Shown: in pieces, positions 10,601 through 22,600 of the stretch
Layout of the letters: the number at the start of each line of letters is the position of its first letter
Numbering within the stretch: the first letter of the stretch is position 1
Source: Callorhinchus milii
Lineage: Eukaryota
NCBI RefSeq assembly: GCF_018977255.1
Contig: NW_024704742.1
Location: forward strand, 68,078,001-68,142,000
Reading direction: 5' to 3'
DNA length: 64,000 nucleotides
The notes under the pieces: model-generated
Told to the model about the DNA's origin: nothing
Database searches by the model: none
What the model saw: the letters and a program-made list of their open reading frames with translations, nothing else
Made by a program: the position numbers and the translations under genes

Positions 10601-13600
10601 CTGAATACAATTAAGTACTTCTAAATACAATTATCTCATTCTTCCACATGTTTCGTAGTTAGTCAGTGCACTGTAGAGAAAGAGAAAAAAGCTAACAGGA
10701 CATTGTAGACATCCTGTACTTTGACAATACAAAGCTGTGTCCCATTATGGTACTCAAGTGTCAGCCTCCGCTGTCAACTTAAAGCTATAGCAGGGCTTGA
10801 ACCCACAAACGTTTGACCCAGCGATGATAGGGGGTAGAGGTCATAGTTGTGTGAGAAGAGATTTAGGCTGCAAATTTCTGGGTGAGTTGCAGTTTATGAA
10901 GGGTGCAGCCAAGGAGGTGATTGAGGAGAGTATTTGAAGAAATCGTACCTGGAGCTAACACTGGTGATGGTAATCAGGTAAGGAGAGGGAAGGGAATGCT
11001 CTGGAGGTAGAAGAAAGCATTTGGCATTTTTAATAGTTATTACTATATATTGAAACATGTCAAAGAACTTCACAAGTAATTACTAACAAGTACACTGACA
11101 TATTTTGGTAGGTAAACAGCTATTTGTGCACAGCTGGAACCTGTATTCAGCCAAGAGGTGAACACCAATTTAATCTGGAGGATTGTTAGCTAGGGCATTG
11201 GAAAAATCCTTTTTTTGAACTGTGCTCCCTCACCACTATCCTAAATCCCCTCATTCCTATAACATCCCCTGCAAGTGGAGACTTGTAGCTCAGTGGTTAG
11301 AACACTCACCTTGCAAGCGAGACGACTTAGGTTTGATTCCGGGACAGGGCGAAATGTTGGCCAAGTTTCCTTAGTCGACATGCCTCTGTTACCTAGCAGT
11401 CAGTCAGAACCTGGGATTAGTCGATTGGTGGATTGCTTTTCCTGTAATAATTCCTTCAAGAAATAATAATAAATTGGTCACTTCAATCCATGACTGTTTG
11501 TGGGACATTGCGGTACGCAATTGGCTGCTGCGTTTCGCCCACACAGGGTCACTTTACAGTGTATTCTGTGAAGAGCTTTGAGACATCTCGAAGACACGGT
11601 AAGGCGCTATATGAAATGCAAGGGTTATTATTATTAAGTCCCCCAGTTATAATAGGCAACCTTTGCTTGCTAAAGTTTAACTCAGGTTACTAAATGTGGA
11701 CATGACTCATATATGGCTTCATTGTTGAGTGTGGCCTGAATGGGAGCGTGGCCTGCCCTAGGAGTGTAGGGTGCGCTGGGAGTGTAGGGTGCGCTGGGAG
11801 TGTAGGGTGCGCTGGGAGTGTAGGGTGCGCTGGGCGTGTAGGGTGCGCTGGGAGTGTAGGGTGCGCTGGGAATTTCAACATTGGGCTTAAGCTACAACCT
11901 GTTGATGCAAAAGTGAAAATGCTATTTACTGAAGTAAAAGAGAAATAAAATCTACATCTTACTACTTATTTCTCTAAGCCGTACCTCTTTTTATTTTTAA
12001 GTAGCTGTACCCATTGCAGCTTCGCTTGCAACCAAAGGATCCAATTTGGAATGAAGATTGACACACAGACAGATACACAGACAGACATTTTGTCTTCATC
12101 TACACTCAGCTGGGAGGACTCCTTGTTGGGAGGACTCCTTGTTGGGAGGACTCCTTGTTTGGAGGACTAGTGTTGGGAGGACTCCTTGTTTGGAGGACTA
12201 GTGTTGGGAGGACTCCTTGTTGGGAGGACTCCTTGTTGGGAGGACTCCTGTGCTAGGACACCTGTTGGAGGACTAGTGTTGGGAGGACTCCTTGTTGGGA
12301 GGACTCCTTGTTGGGAGGACTCCTTGTTGGGAGGACTCCTTGTTTGGAGGACTAGTGTTGGGAGGACTCCTTATTTGGAGGACTAGTGTTGGGAGGACTC
12401 CTTGTTGGGAGGACTCCTTGTTGGGAGGACTAGTGTTGGGAGGACTCCTTGTTGGGAGGACTCCTTGTTGGGAGGACTCCTTGTTGGGAGGACTCCTTGT
12501 TGGGAGGACTCCTTGTTGGGAGGACTAGTGTTGGGAGGACTCCTTGTTGGGAGGACTCCTTGTTGGGAGGACTCCTTGTTGGGAGGACTAGTGTTGGGAG
12601 GACTCCTTGTTGGGAGGAGTAGTGTTGGGAGGACTCCATGGAGTGCATACATGTGTGATGAGCTTGTTTAGTTCATAACTTTTCTCTGCACTACTTTGTT
12701 GCAGAATATATTGGTATAGATGTATCTCTCTAGAAGAATATGTGATTTCCTCTGTTGCTATTTTGTTGCAGCCTACCTCATATTTTAGGGCTTACTTAAA
12801 GCATTTTTTAAATATAGTTCATCAACGATAGGAGATCGCCACCCCAAAAATATGCCCATGACACTCGCCATGCAAGACCTTTCCGATGAGGTATAAATCA
12901 TGTCTCTATGTCAATCGGTTATTGCGTTCTTGGTGGATAGATGCACAGACAGACATTTCGTTTTTATTAGTATAGAAGAGTGCAAAAGTATCTCATGCTG
13001 CATCATTAATCCATTACGTTAACAAGTGCTAGTTTTTGCAAACAGACCAGCTGCTGAGTCATAATGACACCAATTCTGGTGAATAATTGGGAAACATAAA
13101 ATAATCCAACTTTACAGTGTCTGAAGTCATTTCTCAAGCGTCATCAAAACACTGTTTCCATTTGTGGTTCGTCATTATTATAAATACAGAGTAGCAAAAG
13201 CAAAATTCCCAAACAAAATGTTTGATTTTGGGAATTTTTAAAAAGTGTGCAAAATGATGATTAATGAAGCTGCAGTATACATTGTTCATACAATGGGTGA
13301 TGTGATCATATCATTAATAATCTTGACATAATATCTTTCATAATACCTCAGAGAAAACTAGCTGTCTTGGCCTTTGTAATAAAAATAACTAACGTAAGAA
13401 CCTTTTCACTGCTAGTGCTGTTGTTTTTGATGTGGAGTTCTGCGGACTAAAGCTGCCCACTGATAGTCTGGCACAATCATCACCTTTTCACTAGTCTGGG
13501 GTTGTTTACTGTGTGACTAAGTTGTGGGATCCCTGGCTGTCTCTTCCCATCCGCCTACAGTCTGACCCTGTTGTAACCTCACAGAGTTTTGGACAGCACC

Positions 13601-16600
13601 AATTCCTGTTCAAAAACTCTGTTGCAATAGTACCATGTTGGCTGATGCCAAAAACATTCGTCCAATACTATGTCTATTAAATGCTAGTTTTCTTTGGTTC
13701 TAATGCTTAACGTTTGTGGGGCAGTGGAAAGTACTGGCAGATGTGAACACTGATATGGATTTAGTGTGTCACTGGTTCAGACATTTTTGTTGTACGTATC
13801 TTTATTAACCTAATGATAATGAAGAAGAAAAATGTTTACATTCACATTGTTGAGATGTCTCAAAGCCCTTTTTTTGCTGTGAAGTGGAGAGTTCATGTAT
13901 TTTGAAGGCAAATGTGGCAGCCAATTTGCCCACAAAGTTCCATGAAGTGAGTGGCTACTTTTATTTGGGAGATTGTTGGCCAGGTTACTGGGAAACCTCC
14001 CTTCTCTTTTTGAATAGTACCATGGGATCTTTAACCTCCAACTAAACAGGCAGCCAAGATCTCTGTTTAATGTCTCGTCTGAAGATGGCACCTCTGATGA
14101 TGCTGCCCAACCCTGGCACTGCATTGGAGCATCAACTTAGACTGTGAGTTCTAGGTTTCAATGAGAATCGCCTTTCGAAAGAATTCACCACATTAGCAAT
14201 GTTGCTTTACAGCTTGGCTCAGCTGGTAGCTCACTCGCCTTTGGGTCAGAAGATAGTAGGATCAAGCCCCATATTTAAAGGCACTTATCAAAAAAAGAAG
14301 TGTTTCTTAGCCAACAATCTTACAGATATTTCAGTCATTAGCCTCATGGTTCTTTGAGAGGCTATTGTGTGCAAAATGCTTCCTGCATTTGACTATAAAA
14401 AGTCACATCAATTGATGGCAACAAGTGTAAAGTGCTTTGAGAAGAAAACTAGTGCTTTGGTTGTTGGATTGGCCAAGAAACACACAGTCACTACACTTTA
14501 CAGAAAATACTGTATAAGTGTTTTGAGATGTTTCAATGATGTAGTAAAACATGTATCAAATACTAGGATTATTATGATGAATATTAGATTTTGAAGTTAA
14601 TGCCAGTGGATATTGAGATGTTTGCAGTTTGAAGTGTAGGTTCATGCCTACACTTGAGTTGGGTTGAAACACACTCTAGAAATGATTTGGCACTTTTAGG
14701 AAAGGGGGTCTAGACAGTAAAATGGCAAGGTGGGAGGGAAAATTTTTTTCTCTGGGGAGCTGTTGTTCGCAAGGAGCTGTTTGACAAAAACTACATGTGA
14801 CATATGAGGAGCGGTGGGTGAAAGAGAAAAAGTACAGAAAAAACAAAACCCAGGGCTCGTAATTTTATCTTCTTGCACAAAAATATACAGTCAATTCACT
14901 TTGTATTATATTCTGTGAAGCGCTTTGAGATGTCTAGAAAATGTGATAAGGCGCTATATCAAATGTAAGGGTTATTATTACTTTCAGCCTTAAAACTACA
15001 GCATAATAACTCTACTTTGATAAATTTTGAAAGCTGCAATGGACATTGAAAGGATTTCTTAATTAAGGATAATTGCCTTTCAAATCTCAAATCAAGTCTC
15101 TTTGATTGTCTGAAATTTACCAAATTGGTCTCCTGTTTCAGAATTGACGCAGCAATAGTTTCGGTAGAACTGCTTTTGAGTTTCATTTGTCTGTAATGTT
15201 GTTGTACCATAATGGGTGGTTTCAGAATAAGAATCTGACTTACTGGGAAAGTTGACAAGAATCCGTTTTTAAAGAAGCTAAAGTTTTTTAAAGAAGTTTT
15301 TGAAGAAGGGTGGGGATGGAAGAGGGCCCCCAAAAAAGATTTTAAAATGTTGCCTGAACTGGAATCACTGAGCCAGAGTGTAACCTTGGCTTTCTGGTTG
15401 CCTCCTCCAAGCCCTACTTCAAAACCTACATCTGACCTTGGTCAAAATTTCTTTTTTCCATCTATGCAACGTTGCCTGCCTGTGCCCTGATCTTACCAGT
15501 CTATACCCCTATCTTACCCACTTCGTAATTGAACCCCTTATCCATGTTTTTACTACTTTGACGTTTGTCTTGTGCATTCTTCACTAGCTGGCCTCGCTCC
15601 ATCCTCCCATCAGGTCCAACTATCCTGTAGTTCTGCAGCCAGTGTCCTTCTCCCAGAAAGGTTACTGACGCAAGAATGAATTCAGCTATTCTTGCCAGAT
15701 TCCTCTTTGCTCCCGACAGTCAGCAGATCAACTTTGCCTGACCAATGGAAATAAAACACGGTGACTAACTTGCACACAGTAGGGTCCCACAATCATAGGT
15801 GAATGACCATTTGATCTAGAGCAGAGGTTCTCTAGCTCGCCTCCCTGGGGAGGCGAGACGTGTGTCAGGGGTGGACCCATTGCATACCTCCCAACAATCC
15901 TGGGTTTTACTGGACTGGCAAAGCCACTCCCCCGACCACCACACCCTGCCACAACGCTCCCCACCACAACAATCCCTGTGACAACAGTGAACTGACGTAA
16001 TCTGTAATCCTTTGGTGTTATGATTTCCTAAAATGTTTGTGCAGTTTTATTTTAGCTACTGCTATTTTACTCGTTTTGAACAGAACTTGAAATAACACAA
16101 AAGGTGCTTTATGAAATAAACTTAGTACTTTTGACACTTATTATAACTATATAGATCAAAGTCCTTCTACTTTATTACTAGTATACTTGCAAAGTGTAGG
16201 ATTTCCAGCTCTTTGTGTTATCTTGGTAATCTAGGTACAGTTGTTTTTCTTAGCTTAATGGGGCTTACTTTGACAAAGTTTGAGAACCTCTCGGAATAAG
16301 GTGGGTTTCACTCATACAATAAACATTCAATTCACTTTACAGTATATTCTGTGAAATACACCTTAGGATTTCTTCCCGACATAAAAGACGCAATATGTGG
16401 AGTCCCGTAGTGTAGTGATTAGAGCATTTGCCTCGTAAGCGAGAGGACCCGGGTTCGATTCCAGGATGGGACGAAACCTTAGACAAGCTTCCCTACTCCA
16501 CACGGTAGGAACCCAGTTGTTCGTTGATTGGTGGATCACTTTACAGGGGTAATAATCCCTCAAAACATTTTTGGTCCCTCCATGCTTGTGGGACATTGCT

Positions 16601-19600
16601 GTGTGCAATTGGCTGCCGCATTTCGCCTACTAAATACAAGGTCAATCCACTTTATAATATATTGTGTGAAGTGCTTTGAGATGTCTCAAAGACTTGATAA
16701 GGCGCTAGATCAAATACAAGATTATTATTATTATATAAATGCAGTTTGTTGTTAATATTTTATGCATGCCTGATGTCAGTGCACCTTGATATTTATATGG
16801 TTACTATCTGTCTGCTTTAAAATAATTTTTTACACTTTTTAATTTAAAAAAATCCAGCCTCATTCCTTGTGCGATTAGGCCCCTGCACTCTCATACGTGA
16901 AGAAAATTAGTTCAGTGACTACTCTAGAGGCACCAAGAGTTTTGTTTGAAACTATTATTGAACAAAATAAGTTTTGTGGTTTGATCTGCACTGTGTCTGA
17001 CCACATCTGTGAATGTGTCATTGCCACCTACTGAAGGCACAAACTTGTAACAAAGCTGAAACTAATGAATTATGTTCCTTATTTTAGTAATTTTTAACAG
17101 CCTAAAATGTATCTCTATCTGGCGTTGCAAAATATCTGAACTTGCATGTTGTCCATGAGTTTGGTTTTGTGATTGTTGATGGGGCACCAATGATTGCTTC
17201 AACAACAACAAATGACATTTGTATAGTGCCTTTCACCCTCCCCGACCCTGACCCTCCGCTCAGGTCTGAAGCACTGATTGTCCAGCGCCTTGGGACATCC
17301 TCCAAATGTGAAAGGCGCTATACAAATGTAATTTTGTTGTTGTTCATGTCGAGGGGACTGTCCTAGGCGCTGGACAGCACATTTCATTTTTTTATTGTTG
17401 TTGATACAAGTACCCAGTTCATTACTATTAATTTACCCAATCATACTGTATTAATCTTGTACAAATACATTTTATGAAACAAGTAACCTAAAAAGGGACA
17501 ATAATAATTATTATATTTGATATATTAATAATCCTTGCATTTGATATAACGCCCATCACGTCTTCGAGTCGTCTCAAAAAGCTTCACAGGATATATTGTA
17601 AAGTGAATTGATGGTATTTTGTGGGCAAAATGAGGCGGCCAATTGCGCACAACAGTGTCTCGCAATCAGTCGTGGATTGAGTGACCAAATTAAAAAAAAA
17701 ATTTTTTGAGGGTTTATCACCCCCGGAAAGCAATCCACCAATCGACCAACAACCGGGTTCCTACTTACTGCTTAGGTAAACAGAGGCGTGTGGGGAAGGA
17801 AACTTGCACAAGGTTTTGCCCCGCTCTGTGGTTCTCGACAGCGCAAAAAAAAAGGATGGGAACAGAGATAAAATCCTTTTTATATATGTCTATCTCTCTA
17901 TACTATGTATACATATATATATATGGTTATTAAGTACATCAACCAAAGGCCAGGAAGAATGAAATGAGCAATGCCGTGGTTAGTGAATAGAATACAGATG
18001 ACTGACAGAGTATATGTGTGGCCAGCCGCGCAGCTCTCACGATTTTTAACTTAAAAAAGGGCAACATTTTCCTTATCTAATGAAATGCTATACACCTTGC
18101 ACTATAGAGCCTTATCACGTCATTGAGATGTCTCAAAGTGCTTCATAGGATGTACTGAATCATAGAATCTTACAGCACAGAAGGAGGCCATTCGGCCCAT
18201 CGTGCCTGGGCCGGCTCTTTGGAAGATCTTTCCAATCAGTCCCACTCCCCCACTCTTTCCCCATATCCTTGCAATTTTTTCCTCTTCAGGTACCTATCCA
18301 ATTACCTTTCGAATGTTGTTATGGAAACTGTTGTCACTGCCCTTTCAAGCAGTGCATTCCAGACCATAACTACTCTCTGTGTAAACAAAATTCTCCTCAT
18401 CTCCCCTCTGGTTCTTTTGCCAATTATGTTGAATCTATGTCCCCTGGTCACCGACCCACCTGCCAGTGGATTCAGTTTCTCCTTATCTGCTCTTATCAAA
18501 ACCCCTCAATTTTGAACACTTCTATTAAATCTCTCTTTAACCTTCTCTGCTCTGAGGAGAACAATCCCAGATTCTCTCGTCTCTCCACATAACGAAAGTC
18601 CCTCATTCCTGGTACCATTCTGGTAAATCTGACGCATCATAATCCCGTCTGGCAACTTGCGCCTGCTGCTCACCAACTTTATATGTCACGCTCCGTACAT
18701 TTACACACATCACTCTAAAACTGCAGTTGTCTGCACTTCTCGCTGAATGATCCTTCCTGTTTATGGACGACTCTTTATTCCAAAGTTATTTATCTCTCCC
18801 AGGCCTCTATGTTCCTTGCTTCTCCTCCCTGATTCTACTTCCTCTCCCCCCACCCTCTTCCTCCATTGTAAAGTGAATTGACTGTATATTTTGTGGTCGA
18901 AATAATTTGCAAGTTAGCAAGTTGTGGTTTCAAGCCCCACATTGGGACTTGGAACTTGCATAGTCTTAAGACAACACATCAATGCATTGTTGGCGGGAGC
19001 ACTGCATTATTGGAGATGCTGTCCTTCGGATGAAAATACGATCCAAACTTAACTCAATCAGCAACCTTTGAGACTGTGCTGTAACATCTGGATCAAAAAA
19101 ATAAATCAGTACTTGCTTAGTGATATCCAATTGTATGCTTGCAAATATATGCAATACACTTTACAGTATCTCCTGTAAAGTGCTTGAGATGCCCTTGGAC
19201 ATGAAATGAAATGTAAGGAATATTATTAACTAATCTGACATTTTTTGAATTTGGGCTTTGAATTGAATCATTGTTTCCAAGTCGGAAAGGGAGATGATCA
19301 GTTGAATGCCAGTCTGTAGGAATGGTTGACAAAATATGATGTTTGGTAACATTGTTATATCAAGTGTATTGTATTCTAAAATATAATGTGCTTCATGTGC
19401 AAAAGAAAGTTTCACAGTACTGTAATCATTTACACCAGTCCAATAACAGGATGATGCAGAATGATTTGCACCTAACTTTCTAAAGGGCAATGTGTCCAAC
19501 ATCATATTGCAAGTATTTGTTTGAAATTCAGATTTCTAAATGAAAAATTTGGTTGAAGACTCAGTTTCTGACGTCGTTGTGGGTGTGAAGCAGACATGAG

Positions 19601-22600
19601 GTTGGTAGTTTAGTAGCTGTGAAACAAATGTTAGGTTATCAGAAAGATTGTACCAGATGTTAGGGTAACATTTACCCTCACTCTTATTTCAAAATATTTG
19701 AACCAACATTTACATTTGCATGTCTTACAAGATTTAGGAGTCAAAATTGCAGATCAGTCACTGGGGATATCCCACTTAATTCCTGTTAACCTTACAAGCC
19801 AAAGATTGATGTCGTTGAGTTCTGACGAAGATCTGTTGAGTTCTGACGTATGGTCGTGGACCCGAAACGTTGACTCACTTTCCTTTCTCCATAAATGCTG
19901 CCTGACCTGCTGAGTGTTCCCAGAGACTTCTGTTTTTGTTTCCGATTTCCAGCATCTGCAGTATTTTGCGTTTTGTTCTCACAGTTAATGTTGCATTTTC
20001 TTTACATGTTTTGATGAAAGTTGTTTATTGGACTCCAACATTTGTTTAACTTTAAAATTCTGTGTTTCAAATTATTTTTAGGCTGGTATCTAATATTTGC
20101 ATTTGGTATCGCACCTTTCGTGCCAGGAGGACATCTCAAAGTGCTTCACACGATTTACTGTAAAATGTAATATCTGTATTCGGTAGGCAAACATGGCATC
20201 CAATTTGCATCTAATTTAGTGTTTAACATGGCAGAGGCATTTTCATAACTTTAGGCTGTAGACTATTATTCAGAATGTTGGAAAATTCATAAATGTTATG
20301 TACAATCTGATTTGGTTAGAGCTCTCGCCTCGGAAATGAGAGGACCTGGGTTCGATTTCTAGGCAGCGCGAAACCTTAGATAAGTTTCCTTACTCCACCT
20401 GCCTCTGAATGTAAGTCGATTAGCGGATCGCTTTCTCGGGGTAATAATCCCTTCAATTATTTTTTTAAAAATAATAATTTGATCTTTCACTCCACGACTG
20501 TTTATGGGACACTGCTGTGCACAATTGGCTGCCAGGTTTCGCCCACAAAAAATATGTAATCGTTTTACTTTACAGTATATTCTGTGGAGTGCTTTGAGAC
20601 TCTAGAAGACTTGATAAGGCGCTATATCAAATTCAAGGATTATTATCATAATCTTTATTACTGCTACTTCATCTGAACAGGATGATGATTCTAAAACATA
20701 TTTTCTCCTTTCCCCAGCTGATCGGGATCAGCAGCAAGATGTTGCAGGTGCCGTGGGTCGGCCTCGTCCTCTCAATGAGGATCGGGCAGCAGGCATGCCC
20801 AGGGTGAGGCGGAACATGAGAAACAGATTCCTGGCACGGAGAGCTCAGGAAGCTGAAGTGGAGCGTGAAGGTAATGGATCTTTTTTTTCAGATAAAAATA
20901 ACGTAGTGGTATATGTTTTTAACATTTCTGGAAGTTAAAGTTTGTCTATATCGGAAAGAAACCCATCCATGGGGTCCTTTACCATTTCGATTAGACAACT
21001 CACAGCGCAAGCGAGGGGACCTGGGTTTGATTCCCGGACTGGGCAAAATGTTAGGAAAATTTTCTGCACAGTCAAGCGCCCTGGAATTCTACCCTGTGTG
21101 AAGGGCCCTATATAAATCCAAGTTGTTATTGTTATCACCCTTTATTATTAATCCCACTGTCTGGTCCAGTGCTTATCCAATTCCCTTTTGAATGATTCTA
21201 CAGATTTGAATGTGAATGATTGTTGCACAAATGGACTGGACGCTGGTTACCAGCCGGTCAGGGTGGCTGAGGGTTCATTGTTGGGCCTCTGCTGGTTACA
21301 ACATACATTGATGTGGATGTAGCAACAGAAAACAATTTCGAAACAAATTTGCTGGTGATACTGAATTGGATAGAGTTATTCATAAAAGGGAAGGAGCGGA
21401 CAGAATACAGAGGGATTTAGAGAAACTGGGTAGCAGTTCTGAGAAGTGACAGATATAACATAAGAAAGGTTCTGATATTGGGATATGACAGTAAGCTTTT
21501 TTTTTGACAGTGGAGTCCTGTAGCTCAGTGGTTAGAGCATTCGCTATGTAAGCGAGAGACCTGAGTTCAATTCCAGGCAGAGGGCGAAACCTTGGGCAAG
21601 TTTCCTTACTCCACACAGAGCCTAATAATAATCCCTCCAAAAACAATAATAAATTGGTCATTTTCAATCTACGACTGTTTGTGGGACATTGCTGTGCGCA
21701 ATTGGCTGCCGCGTTCGCCCACAAATATACAGTCAATTCACTTTACAGTGTGTTCTGTGAAGCGCTTTGGGACGTCCTTCCGACGTGAAAAGCGCTATAT
21801 CAAATGCAAGGATTATTATTATTATAGTAAGAAGTTAAATGAAAATAAATTTTGGCAATGTAAACTAAATGGTATATGCAATACAATTTACAGTACAATA
21901 TAGCGCCCTTTACATGGCTCCTGTAACCTCATGAAGGTGGAGTGCTGTTCATAGTCCATCCTTATAGTTAACTGGCGACAGGGAGAGAGGCAAAATGTTT
22001 TGCCAAAGGGCAGGAACATTGGAGGACAAATTAATGCAGACTGCTTTTGAGCAATCAGCAGTCAGTGCAGTTATCAGTCACAGACCAGCAGCGGCAGATG
22101 ACTGATAGCATTTTGTCTACCATGTCTGTCTACCACTGACTGCTACATGTTGCGAGGGAGATAAGAGGGATACAAATTAATTTTAAATCGGGGGAGAAGA
22201 AACCTTGTGTTTTTGAAACAAAATACTGTACCTTTAAACAGAATCATTAACGAAGAATGAAACTGAATGCCAAAACACAACTTCCCACCAGCTGTAAGTC
22301 TAGGGCCAGCTTAGCTCAGTTGGTCATCAAACTTAAAAAAAAAGTAGAAATCTATATTGGAAAGAATTTTTTTTTAATTTTACATGACATATTTAACATG
22401 TTCCATTTTAGAGGAATGAAAAAAAAACACTATTGACTGAGGAATGTGATATCTGCAGGGTATAATAAAACACCTAATGTGAGGTGGCGTGATCAGAGGG
22501 AGTCTGAAACTGAATGTCAAAATAGAACTTCCCACCAGCTATAAGTCTTGGGTCTGCTTAGCCCAGCTGTTAGGACTCTCACCTCTGGGTAAGAAGGTGG

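Noticed and set aside
12111..12637. CRISPR-like regular array and repetitive ORFs
   Set aside because: No unique spacers; a eukaryotic tandem minisatellite.
15822..15860. 10-bp perfect hairpin CTCGCCTCCC-TG-GGGAGGCGAG as a terminator or structured RNA
   Set aside because: It follows a CAGAGGTTCTC hAT-like end and is most simply a MITE remnant.
21510..21585. tRNA gene-like sequences (also at 11275, 16397, 56652 and others)
   Set aside because: They run straight into SINE bodies and tails, so they are SINE heads rather than tRNA genes.
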